Shown here one piece after another: positions 45,295 to 55,762 of a stretch of 64,000 bases of DNA. Location: NCBI GenBank assembly GCA_040766265.1, contig JAXGQW010000010.1, forward strand, positions 363 through 64,362, given 5' to 3'. The notes under the pieces are model-generated. The model saw nothing but the letters and a program-made list of their open reading frames with translations. It did no database searches and was not told the origin of the DNA. Within the stretch, counting starts at the first letter, position 1, and every line of letters begins with the position of its first letter. This DNA comes from Verrucomicrobiota bacterium (lineage in GTDB: Bacteria > Verrucomicrobiota > Verrucomicrobiia > Limisphaerales > J093). Position numbers and translations under genes: made by a program.

Positions 45295-47235
45295 ATGAGC
45301 AACCTTAGGGACGACCAGCGGCCTTGGGACATCGCTGCCGCGCGTGGTCTTTATCACATTGACCGTTGGGGGGCGAATTACTTCGACATCAACGAAGCGG
45401 GCCACGTGATCGCCAAACCGCAGCAGGATTCCGGCGCGGTGGTGGACCTGACCGATGTCATCGAGGAAGCGAAGGGGCGGGGATTAAAATTCCCGCTGTT
45501 GATTCGTTTCCAGGACATCCTCAGGCACCGGGTCGAGTCGGTGAACCAGGCGTTTCGCACGTCGATCAGGGAATTCGAGTACAAGGGATCCTACCGCGGC
45601 GTGTTTCCGATCAAGGTCAATCAACTGCGCGAGGTGGTCGAGGAGATCCTGGACGCGGGCCAGTGCTACCAGTTCGGGCTCGAGGTCGGCAGCAAGCCGG
45701 AACTCTTCGCGGGGTTGGCGCTGCAAAGCCAGGTCGGCAGTCTGATCATCTGCAACGGCTACAAGGACTCCGCCTACATCCGGATGGCCTTGATGGGGCT
45801 GAAGCTCGGCAAGACCGTCATTCTGGTCGTCGAGAAACTCGAAGAATTGAGCCAGATTCTCAAGGTCTCGAGGCAGGTTGGCGTCGATCCGCTCATCGGC
45901 ATCCGCGCCCGGCTGGCGAGCAAGGGCGGGGGCAAATGGGCCGAGAGCGCGGGCGAGAACGCCAAGTTCGGGTTGAACACGACGGAACTGCTGGCCGCTG
46001 CGGATCTGCTGCGCGCCGAGAATCTCGGTCATTGTTTCAAACTGCTGCACTTTCACATCGGATCGCAGGTGCCGGACATCCTGACGATCAAGAAGGCCGT
46101 GCAGGAGGCGGCGCGTTACTACGCCAAGCTGGTCAAGATGGGATTCCCGCTGCAGTACTTCGACACCGGCGGCGGCCTGGGGATCGATTACGACGGGAGC
46201 CGGTCGGCCTTCGACAGTTCGACCAACTACACGCTGCAGGAGTACACCAACGACGTGGTCTATTACCTGGCCAGCGTCTGCAACGCCGAGCAGGTGCCTC
46301 ATCCGGACATCGTCAGCGAAAGCGGGCGGGCGATCGTCGCCCACCACAGCGTGTTGATCGTCGAAGTCTTGGGCGCCATCGCCAAACAATGCGATCTGCC
46401 CAATCTGGTCTACGGCGACAACGAGCACGCGATGGTGCAGGAGTTGATCGACATGAAGGAGAACCTCGACAGGCGCAACAAGCTCGAGACCTTCCACGAC
46501 GCCCTCGATCGGAAGGAGCATGCCCAGAACATGTTCACACTCGGCCTGCTCGATCTTCCCGACCGCGCCAAGATCGAGAATCTGTACTGGGAGATCGGCG
46601 AGAAGGTGGTGCAGAGCTTCCGCGGCCACGCCCATGTGCCCGAGGAAATCCTCAGACTCGAAGATAGTCTCTGCGACCAGTATCTCTGCAACTTCTCCGT
46701 GTTTCAGTCCTTGCTCGATCATTGGGCCTTGGGCCAGTTGTTCCCGATCATGCCGATCAGCCGGCTCGACGAACGCCCCACCCGCGAGGCCATTCTGGTC
46801 GACATCACCTGCGATTCCGACGGCCAGGTCGACAAGTTCATCGATCTGCGGGATGTCCGCCACACGCTCCCGCTGCACAAACTGGTCCGTGGCAACGGGC
46901 AGCCCGAGCCGTACTACCTCGGTTTCTTCCTGCTCGGCGCCTATCAGGACATCATGGGCGATCTCCACAACCTGTTCGGCCGCGTCAACGAGGTCCATGT
47001 CTTCCTCGAACCGGACGAGCCGTGCGGCTATTACGTCGAGGAGATCATCGAAGGGGCCACGATCGGCCAATCATTGGCCTCGGTGCAGTACGACGAAAAC
47101 GAGCTCAAGCGACAAATGAAAGCCCAGGTGGATGAAGCGATTCGCACGGACCGCCTCAAACCTTCGGAAGCGATGCGTCTGCTCGACGAATACGAGCACG
47201 GCCTGAAGGAGTACACCTATCTGGCCAAGCATTGA
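45295..47235 (+). CDS. speA: Biosynthetic arginine decarboxylase
   Basis: FPIKVNQ (PLP Lys), GLEVGSKPEL, HFHIGSQ, GGGLGIDYDG, TCDSDG, GAYQDIMGDLHNLFG. Confidence 0.97.
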   Translation: MSNLRDDQRPWDIAAARGLYHIDRWGANYFDINEAGHVIAKPQQDSGAVVDLTDVIEEAKGRGLKFPLLIRFQDILRHRVESVNQAFRTSIREFEYKGSYRGVFPIKVNQLREVVEEILDAGQCYQFGLEVGSKPELFAGLALQSQVGSLIICNGYKDSAYIRMALMGLKLGKTVILVVEKLEELSQILKVSRQVGVDPLIGIRARLASKGGGKWAESAGENAKFGLNTTELLAAADLLRAENLGHCFKLLHFHIGSQVPDILTIKKAVQEAARYYAKLVKMGFPLQYFDTGGGLGIDYDGSRSAFDSSTNYTLQEYTNDVVYYLASVCNAEQVPHPDIVSESGRAIVAHHSVLIVEVLGAIAKQCDLPNLVYGDNEHAMVQELIDMKENLDRRNKLETFHDALDRKEHAQNMFTLGLLDLPDRAKIENLYWEIGEKVVQSFRGHAHVPEEILRLEDSLCDQYLCNFSVFQSLLDHWALGQLFPIMPISRLDERPTREAILVDITCDSDGQVDKFIDLRDVRHTLPLHKLVRGNGQPEPYYLGFFLLGAYQDIMGDLHNLFGRVNEVHVFLEPDEPCGYYVEEIIEGATIGQSLASVQYDENELKRQMKAQVDEAIRTDRLKPSEAMRLLDEYEHGLKEYTYLAKH

Positions 47236-47241
47236 CAGCGC

Positions 47242-47955
47242 GTGCCCCTGCCCGAAGTCAATGCCCCGCCCCGCCCGGTCGAATCCGCATCGGCCACTGA
47301 TCTGATGGTGGCGCTCAGCCGCCTGGTGCGCGGCTTGTCAGCCCTCTTCTGGGGGTTGCCACTCGCATTGGTCGTCTCGGTGCAGACGGCACGCACCAGT
47401 CTTCTCGCCGGTCTGGGCCTGCTTCCCCCCCTGCTCGCCAACGGCCTCCTCTGCTATGCGCTCCACCAGATGCGCCACTTCCAGCGCTCCGAACGAGTGT
47501 GGCAGCACGCCCGCGAGCGCGCTCTCGTGTTCGCCTCGATCAACGTCGGCCTCTCGCCTTTCCTGTATTGGTGGCGGGTCGTGCCGGATGTGATCCACTT
47601 TCAATTCGCCGTCCTGGTCCTTGCCCTGTCCGGTCTGATGCTCCTCTTCACCGTCAATCAAATGCTCCAGCGCCTGACGGCCATGCTGCCCGACGAGACG
47701 CTGCGAATCGAAGCCAGGCTTTTCACCACGCTCAATCTCTATCTGCTGCTCGCCACGGCTCTGCTGGGCGCGGGCTGGGTCGGCCTGGCCCAGATGGGAC
47801 AACCGTCTCTCGCGCTGTCGCTGATGCTCGACATCGCCACCCGGGTGGGCGTGTTGCTCATGTTGTTGCTTGTCCTGCTCCCGCTCGCGCTGACCATGGC
47901 CCTGATCTGGAGGATCAAGGAAACCATCCTCGCCAGCGTCTTCACCTCGGGCTAG
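47242..47955 (+). CDS. Hypothetical multi-pass membrane protein
   Basis: 237 aa with about 6 hydrophobic helices; starts 6 bp after speA. Confidence 0.75.
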   Translation: MPLPEVNAPPRPVESASATDLMVALSRLVRGLSALFWGLPLALVVSVQTARTSLLAGLGLLPPLLANGLLCYALHQMRHFQRSERVWQHARERALVFASINVGLSPFLYWWRVVPDVIHFQFAVLVLALSGLMLLFTVNQMLQRLTAMLPDETLRIEARLFTTLNLYLLLATALLGAGWVGLAQMGQPSLALSLMLDIATRVGVLLMLLLVLLPLALTMALIWRIKETILASVFTSG

Positions 47956-48203
47956 AAAAGCAAAACCGCGCCAGGTTCGAGAGATAGAGAGCTGCATCAC
48001 ACTGTTCCCATGAGAGACCATTCTCAGGACCGACAGAATGCTCCCGGTTCCCTTTCTGGGCGCGGTTTTGCCAGAGCCCGGATGTCAGACTCCGCGGAGC
48101 TTTGTGAAACATCCGGGCTAGGGAGCGAGGCGCGGGAGAGAGGGGTCGGGAAACACGGGGACTTTCCATGAACCGTGGAACCGGATCGTTGATCTTCAAG
48201 CAC

Positions 48204-49549
48204 TTAGGCGATGGCTCGCGCGGGGGCTCTGGGCTGGAGAACCATGTTGTACTTGCGGGCGAGTTTCTCGAGCAGACGCTGCTCGGTCTGAGCGACTTGG
48301 ATTTCATACTGCTTGAGTCCGCGCTCGACATAGGCCTTGCCGTGCACCATCCAGCCAGAACAGTTGGGCCAACTTGCGCGCCAGTGCCAGGTTGGCCACC
48401 AAGCCACCACGGCGACCTTTGATGCGGCGGTAGAACCCGCCCAAAGCGGTGTCCACACTGCGCCCCACACTGCGAGCAATCACACAGAACAAACGACCGG
48501 CGCGATTGCGCGAGCGTCGCTGGCTGCCTTTGCGCTTGCCGCTCTGTTTGCTGCCCGGCGCCACACCCAACCAAGCCGTGAAGTGTTTCTCCGTCTTCCA
48601 CTTCCCGCCCAGGTCGGTCCCCACTTCCCCCACCAACTGCAGCAACGCGTAGTCGGCCATCCCAGGCAACGTGGTCGGATCTTTCCCCCCGCACAGCCGC
48701 CAGAGCAAGCCGTGCAAACCCTCAATCTGCGGCGTGTTGACCCCGCCCCGCTTCGTCGCCGCCGGCGGCGCCGGGGCCTGCGGATCCTCCGGCCCCGTGA
48801 TCTCCTGCAGCACCCTCTGGAGGGCTTGATCGCACTCGCGGATCTTGCTCTGGTAGGACTGCCACAGTTCGTAAGCCTGGCGCAGCGCAAACAGATGCTC
48901 GGGCTTCCAGGTCCCGTGCAAGGCCTCCCGCAATCGCCCCGCCTTGTTCTTTTGAATCTGTGCGTCACACAACGCCAGCAGCGCCACCGGATTGCGTTCC
49001 CCGCCCAGAATGGCCTCGATCATGTTGAGGCCGCTCATCCCGGTCAGGTCGCTGATCACGTCGTGAATCTTGAGATTCATCCGCTCCAGCGCCTTTTGCA
49101 TGTGCTGCTCATGGCTACCGGCCATCACGATGTGGTCGTTGCGCAACCGCAGGTAGTCCTGCAACCGACGGATGTGCTCCGGCGGGACAAAGCCCGGGTT
49201 GAGCAATCCATGTGCGTGCAAGGTCGCCTGCCACTGGCAGTCGCTCATGTCGGTCTTGCGCCCCGGCAAGTTCTTGACGTACTTGCCGTTGACCACCTCT
49301 TCGCCTGTTCCAACACCTCGTGAGGCAGAGCCAATAGATGCCCGTCGCCTCCATCGCCACGCTCTTGACTCCCTGGCCGAGCAGGTAATCCCGCAACTCA
49401 TGGAGTTGGCCAGTCGTCGTCCCGAACACCTTGGGTGGTCCTCCGGCGATCGAGACATGGAGTTGCTCACTTCCGATATCAATCGCGGCGGCTGTGGGAT
49501 TGAGAACAGGCAACGAAGGGGTTGGCGTCTTGTCGTTAGGCATTGGCAA
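48204..49549 (-). pseudogene. IS110 DEDD recombinase, read across three frames
   Basis: AAAIDIG, AMEATGIYW, PGRKTDMSDCQW, FTAWLGVAPGSKQSG, ARKLA; frame changes near 49310 and 48350. Confidence 0.9.
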
Positions 49550-49735
49550 TGTCCACGTCCCGGTGCCCGGCTAGGATCGAAAAGTACAAATCTTTCCAGC
49601 GGGAAGCCTCACGAGCTCGCCAATCAATACGCATGTCGCTAGCCGGAACCAATCTCTCCAACGAGCAACCCTCGCGGGCGCTTCAGAGTGCTTTGCGGTC
49701 ACGCTGCGCCAGAACGCGGACGGGTGTGACTATGC
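49550..49735 (-). ncRNA. Putative IS110 bridge RNA
   Basis: Non-coding end upstream of the recombinase; stems CCGGCTAG/CTAGCCGG; loop segments matching both IS junctions. Confidence 0.6.
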
Positions 49736-49910
49736 CAGGTTCATGGTCCCAATACGCGCCAAATCTGGCGTCTTTGCTCTCCATGAAGACGAGGACTGGA
49801 TTTGGTCTGAGGCGCGCCTCGCTAGCTTGCATTTCTCACCACTTTTTGCCACCGCGAAGCCGGAGTTCACGAGAGAAGTCAGCATGCAGGCTAGGAAAGC
49901 AAAGTCACGC

Positions 49911-52900
49911 ATGGGTTGTGTCGAATTGACATCCGATCTGCTCGCGCGGGTGGCGGGCTGGCGCGTGATGCAGGAGGCGCGCGCGCTCCTGGCCGGCGGC
50001 AATGTCCAGCAGTCGAGTTGGGCGCCGCCACGCCTCGATGGAGTGGTCCGCGAGGGAGCGACCAAATACCGAACCGGCCTGGTGCTGCGGAGCGCGATTG
50101 ACGTCGACACCCTTTGCTCCTGTCGACGCGCCCGCATCGAGGGCGCGATCTGCGCCCATGCCGTTGCCGCGGGGCTCCATTGGCTGGCCACCCGGCAGGC
50201 CGCCCCTCACCCGCTCCCCCCCTCTCCTCCCGCACGCGGGCCCACAGCAACAACCGTCCGAAAGGATGCCGCGTCTGGCCATCCGGGTTCGCGCCCCCTG
50301 GAGCCGCAGCTCCGGCGTGCCCTGCGGCGCGCCGCCCCCGGCGAAGCGGCCGAGGAGATCGAGATCCGGATCATCTTCCCGCCCAACCTCGAGCAGGCGA
50401 TGGCGAAAGGGAAAGTGATGCTGGTGTTCGAGGCGGTTCGCTCGAGGCGTTGCATCCCGCTGAACATGCTGCCGCTCGACGTGCCGTTCCTGCTCAGTCC
50501 GGCCGATGCGTCCGCACTCGACACCATCGAGACCCTGACGGCAGACGGGGTGCCGGCGATGCTGCTCCTTGGCGGATCCGACCTGGGACAGTTGCTGCCC
50601 AAGCTGGCTGGACATTCCGGGTTGTCCCTGGGGCGCGGACGCCCGCTCGAAATCTCGCTTGATGCGATTTCGTGGCCGGTGCGGGCGACGCTCGAGGCCT
50701 CGGGCCAGATCACACTGCGGCTCGATGGATCGGTCCCCACTGTGTTGGCGACAGGCGAAGCAGACTGGTGCCTGCGCGGGAACCGGCTGCAACCGCTCCG
50801 GTTGCCCACAGCGGCACGGGGGTTGGCGCGCGGACCGGTCTGCCTCGAACGAGCGCGTGTGCCTGCCTTCCTCGGCCGGGACTGGCCTGTCCTTGTCGCA
50901 GACGGTCACGCGCAGGCCAATTTCGATCTGTCGGACTTTGTTCTCGAAACGGAGCCGCCGCGCTTCCGACTGCGCCTCGAAGGCAGTCTCGCACGGATTG
51001 AAGCCCGACTGACATGCGACTATGCGGGACACGCCGTGGCGCCGGTCCATGGTGTCGTCGAGCCGCTCTGCTTCCCCGATGCCGCGTGCCCGACGCGCTA
51101 CACACTGCGCGATTCCGGGGCCGAACAAGCGGCGCTCGAACGTCTCGCCCAGTGCGGTTTCACCGGGCCGGATCGGGAAAACCGTTTTCTCCTGGACGGC
51201 GAGACGACTGTCCTGAAGTTTTTCGCGCGCGCGTTCCCGCGGCTGCAGCGGGAGTGGGAGGTCGAATTGGAGCCGCGGCTCGATGGGGCGGCGAAGACCA
51301 GGCTCGAACGGATCGAGCCGGAATTGGTCGTCACGCCTTCCGGCGAACAGTGGTTCGATCTGTCGGTCGCATTTGCGTCGGCTGGCGGCGAGCGATTCTC
51401 CGCCGCGGACATTCAGCGGCTCGTGTTGGCCGGCCAAAGCCATGTCCGCCTCCGCAACGGACGGCTGGCGTTGATCGACACGGGCGCCGTCGAGGAACTG
51501 CAACAGGTGTTGCTCGATTGCGAGCCGCAGCAGACCGCCCAAGGCTACCGGCTGGCAAACGCGCAGGCGGATTTCGTCGAGTCCACATTGAGGGAGCACG
51601 CAGGATGGCGACTCGACGCGCCCCGCGCATGGCTCGACCGCGCGGCTCGACCCGCCGATGCGGCGGCGCGCGAATGTCCTCCCTTGGGGAGCTTGGACGC
51701 CGTGCTTCGCCCTTATCAAAAACAGGGGGTGGCGTGGTTGTGGTTCCTGCGCAGGCACGGTTTTGGCGGGATTCTGGCCGATGAGATGGGTCTGGGGAAG
51801 ACGCTTCAGACGCTGGCTGTTGTCGCAGCCGCCCAGACCCAAACCGAGCCGGGATCACGCCCCTTGCCCAACCTTGTGGTCTGCCCGACGAGCCTTGTTT
51901 TTAACTGGGTCGCCGAGGCGGCCAGGTTCGTTCCCGGCCTGCGGGTTCTCCCGTTGCAGGGGCCGGAGCGTCAGGCGCGCTTCGCGGAGATTCCGCGCCA
52001 CGATCTGATCGTCACCAGCTACGCGCTGATCCGACGCGATCTCGATCACTATCGCGCGATCGAGTTTGACACGGTTGTGCTCGACGAGGCGCAGCACATC
52101 AAGAACCGCGAGACGCAGAACGCCCAGGCGGTGAAAGCCATCCGCGCCCGGCACCGGCTGGTGCTCACCGGCACGCCGCTCGAAAACTCGGTGCTCGATC
52201 TCTGGTCGATCTTGCAGATTTCCTGATGCCGGAGCTGCACCTGGGCAAAGCGCGGGACTTCCGCGAGCGCTATGAACTCCCATCACGCGCGATCGCGATC
52301 GCGCCGTGCAGGACCGTCTCGCGCGCCGGGTCCGCGCGTTTCTCCTGCGCCGTGTGAAGCGCGATGTGGCGCCGGATCTTCCGGAGAAGATCGAACAGGT
52401 GGCCCTCTGCGACCTGACGTCCGACCAGGCGGCGGTTTATCGCCAGGTGCTCGAAACCGGGCGACGCGAGGTTCTCGAAACAGTCGGCGCCCAGGGACTG
52501 GTTCGAAGCCGCATGATCATCCTCACCACGTTGTTGCGGCTCCGCCAGGTGTGCTGCGACCTGCGGCTTCTCGACCTGCCGGGAGTCGAAGGCGCCGCCC
52601 CTTCGGGAAAGCTCGATTTGTTCGAGGAGTTGATCGAGGAAGTGCTTGACGGCGGGCACCGCGCGCTGGTCTTCAGCCAGTTCACTTCGATGCTCGCCCT
52701 CATCCGGGATCGGCTGACGGCGAGCCGAGGGATCGAGTTCTGCTATCTCGATGGCGCGACACAGGATCGGGGCGGCGTCGTCCGCCGTTTCCAGGACAAC
52801 GCCGATATCCCGGTCTTCCTGATCAGCCTCAAGGCCGGCGGGACCGGCCTGAACCTGACCGGCGCGGACACTGTGATTCATTTCGATCCCTGGTGGAACC

Positions 52901-53094
52901 CGGCGGTGGAGGCGCAGGCGACCGATCGCGCCCATCGGCTGGGCCAGAAACGCGTGGTGACAAGCTATCGCTTGATCGCGCGGGGAACGGTCGAGGAGAA
53001 GATCCTGAGTCTGCAAAGCCGCAAACGCGAGGTCATCGACGCCCTGCTGGGCGGCGACCTGAGCTGGGAAGAGATTCAGGATCTGCTTGCCTGA
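49911..53094 (+). CDS. SWIM-SNF2 family helicase/ATPase (indels at about 52220-52300)
   Basis: CSC..ICAH SWIM, LADEMGLGKT, DEAQ, TGTPLEN, then LRQVC, VFSQF, GGTGLNL, WWNPAVE.QATDRAHR.GQ in a second frame. Confidence 0.9.
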
Positions 53095-53112
53095 CCGTGA
53101 ACCGTCGGTTCC

Positions 53113-53193
53113 GTAGTCGCCCCGCGACGCGGGATCAGTCCGCGCCGTCTCGCTCCGTCAAAGGCAGGAATCAGCGCCGACTCACGTCGGCGG
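53113..53193. repeat. GTAG-type REP element (target of the IS; remainder at 55589-55612)
   Basis: GCCGAC-TCAC-GTCGGC hairpin followed by GGCTAC; degenerate GTAG arm at 53113. Confidence 0.7.
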
Positions 53194-53244
53194 CTGGAGT
53201 TTGGACATTTTTTGCTGGACTCGAAACGGCCACTGGGGTAAATC

Positions 53245-54133
53245 GTGGTCGCAGTGGAACCGATCTGCGTCCAGGGCCGCACGCTCACGGGCGATGATCT
53301 GGCGTGGTTGCAGGCTCTGATCGAGCAGCATCCGGCCTGGCATCGCACGGCCCTCTCCCAGTACCTGTGTGAAGCGTGGAACTGGCGCAACGCGGCCGGA
53401 CGTCTCAAGGACATGGCGGCTCGCACGTTGCTGCTCAAGCTGCAGGCCCGTGGGCTCATCGGGCTACCGCCAGCGCAGAAGCGCACCCGTCGACCCTGCG
53501 CGCAGGCTCCTCCTGCTCTCCAGAGCCAGCTCCCGCTCTGGGCACCGGATCGGATCCAGGACGGCCTGGGAGTCGCTGCAACCCACTGAGCCTGGACCTG
53601 GCTCACACCCGCGCCTTGCGCCGCCGCGCGGCTGACCTGCCGGCGTTACCACTACCGCCGGTTTCCACGGAGCGGTCGGCGAGAACGTGCAGTACCTGGC
53701 CAGGGATGTTCGCGGTCGGGACCTGGCCGTGATGGCTTTGGCGCAGCCGCCTGGAAAGTCGCCGCGGGATCAGTTCATCGGTTGGTCGGTGACCCAGCGG
53801 GAGCAACGCCTGGGAGCCATCGCTAACCAACAGCGCTTCTTGGTTTTGCCTTGGGTGCGGGTCCCATCTGGCCTCGCATCTTCTGGCGCTGGCCACCACC
53901 GCTTGTCGGCCGACTGGCAAGCGCTATGGCCATCGGGTGTGGCTGGTCGAGACCTTCGTGGAGTCCCCCCCCCCCCGACCGATTTGCCGCCACGGCCTGC
54001 AAGGCCGCCGGTTGGCAGCACCTGGGATTGACGACGGACGCACCCGTCAAGATCGCCGCATCCTGCGTGCCCCTCGAATAAGCTGGATCAAACCGTTGCA
54101 CCCCGCCTTTCGCACCCATCTCACCACCCATGA
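53245..54133 (+). pseudogene. DUF4338 (DruA-like) protein, frameshifted
   Basis: RTALS..LCEAWNWR..AGRLKDMAAR.LLLKL; RDQFIGW; NQQRFLVLPWVRV; WLVETFVE; KAAGW..LG.T spread over several frames. Confidence 0.8.
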
Positions 54134-55522
54134 AGCTCTTGACCTACACCATCCCAACAGACCGCCCGCTGGGCCTCCGTCGCTTCCCTCAGGACCGTAG
54201 CCTGCAACGGGCCATCGCCTTGGCTTTCGGCATCCTCACCGGCGTGGGCCGGCCTTGCCCTCACCCGCGCCATCGCCTTCCACGGCAACACCCAGAAGGA
54301 GCTGGTCGGCCGACTACAAGGTCTTTTCCCGTTGCCCGTGGGAGCCGCGCGCCCTCTTTCCATCCGATTCTGGAGCGGGCCATCCAGGAGCAGCGCCTCC
54401 AACGGATCGTTGTCAGCACCGACGACACGCGCGTTTAGCGCACCGGCAAACACGTGCCCCAAACCAATAGCATCTGGCCGGCCATGGGACCTTCAAGTCA
54501 ACCTGCGCTGGGGGCATCGCTTTCTCCAATACGGCCTAGCGAGCCTCCCACTCTATCTCCGGGATCTCCGAGCCAGTTCCTCCGTTCCGGTTCCCATCCG
54601 CTTCGAGATGAAAGCTGATGTGATCCAAGAAACCCGGCGCGCACTTCGGACCAACAACTCGAACACTACCCGACAGCTCAAAGCAGAAGAACCTCTCAGT
54701 CCAGTTTGTCGCCTTGACCCAAGAGGTGCGCCCAACCTCAACCAGACCGGCCATCAGGCCGAAGCGGCGAGTCCAGGTCGCTGACGGCTCCTTCGCCAAC
54801 CGCACCGTGTTCGCTCAGGATTGGGAAGCGCAGAACGTGACCATATCGTCCGTTGCCGCAAGGACATCGTCTTATGCCGCCGCGCTCGGGCAAGGGCCGC
54901 TTAACTACGGCTCCACCAAGTTCACCCCGAGCAGGTCCGGCGCCACCCCGTTGCGCACGGTGGCAAGGCCTGGATCTTCGGCGGCTCTTATCGGGAAGTG
55001 CGCTACAAGGACATCACTCGGGTCTATTGGCAAGGAGGAGCCCGCAAGCGGGCCACGTGCGCCTCTTGGTGGTAAGCCGGTGGGCTATCGCACCAGCAAG
55101 AAGGAGCGCAAGTACTATCGGCAGCCCGCCTACCTGCTCACCACCGACCTGACGACCCCGGCCCTCGAGTTACTCCCAAGCCTACTTCGATCGGTGGGGC
55201 ATCGAGGTCAATCACCGCGACGAAGAAAGACATTCTGGGCGTGGGCCAAGCCCAAGTCTGGAATAAGGACTCGGTGAGCAAAGTCCCGGCGCTCTTGGTG
55301 GCCATGTATAGTTGGCTTCAGTTGGCCGGCCTCAAGTGCTACGGCCCCACGCGTACGCAGGTCTATGAACCCCTGCCCAAATGGCGTCGTGGAGCCAAGC
55401 GCCCCTCCTGTTTGGACCTCGTCACACTGCTGCGCAAGCAACTGGCCGACCATCCGGTCACATTCCCGACGGCCAAAGCCCCCGCAACCTACCCCATGAT
55501 GGTCGGCAGCGCCGCCGCCTGA
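54130..55522 (+). pseudogene. IS701/IS4-like DDE transposase, frameshifted
   Basis: STDDTR, VADGSF, YLLTTD, YFDRWGIEVNHRD, LGVGQAQ fragments. Confidence 0.78.
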
Positions 55523-55695
55523 GGTCTTCTCCCTGCCGCCTCACGCTGCCCCCCGCCAAAACCCGTCTCCAGAATGTCCAAACTCCAGGCGCCGACTCAC
55601 GTCGGCGGCTACAGGCTGGTTCATCTTCGTCGTGCGCATTCATCCGATGAATGTCAGTACTCTCGCGGCGAGTCCTGAGACGGCTTCTCAGACAC

Positions 55696-55726
55696 AAAAA
55701 AAAGCCCGCAGGTGGACCTGCGGGCT
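55696..55726 (-). terminator. Intrinsic terminator of the TPR gene
   Basis: AGCCCGCAGGT-CC-ACCTGCGGGCT followed by a T-run on the minus strand. Confidence 0.8.
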
Positions 55727-55762
55727 GTGTGGATGGTTGTCTGGGGTTGGGTGGGAGCGGCT

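Larger units (their letters stand above)
48162..49778 (-). mobile_element. IS110-family element (about 1.6 kb) bounded by CT core
   Basis: Ends defined by alignment with the empty site around CT 44985-44986; sub-terminal IR CCATGAACC (48166-48174)/GGTTCATGG (49738-49746). Confidence 0.88.
47952..49910. repeat. Stacked hairpin-cassette array 3: B-A'-C(::IS110)-A-B fragment
   Basis: CTAG at 47952, 48118, 49822, 49891; module C split by IS110. Confidence 0.8.
53194..55588 (+). mobile_element. Two-gene IS (DUF4338 + DDE transposase) with 16-bp TIR and 20-bp direct repeat
   Basis: TIR CTGGAGTTTGGACATT 53194-53209 / AATGTCCAAACTCCAG 55573-55588; GCGCCGACTCACGTCGGCGG at 53174-53193 and 55589-55608. 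Confidence 0.9.

Noticed and set aside
48165-49787. TCCATGAA as an 8-bp target duplication of the IS110
   Set aside because: Empty-site alignment and family behaviour are explained by a CT core; one copy belongs to the IS end and overlaps its sub-terminal IR. The crossover point within the similar stretch remains slightly ambiguous
52226-52306. SNF2 as two genes or a programmed frameshift
   Set aside because: Several scattered indels in a conserved DLWS.FDFL.PG.LG stretch and no slippery site; error or decay is more likely
53245-54133. Complete Druantia defence system
   Set aside because: No DruB-E genes; the adjacent helicase is SWIM-SNF2, not DruE, and lies outside the IS
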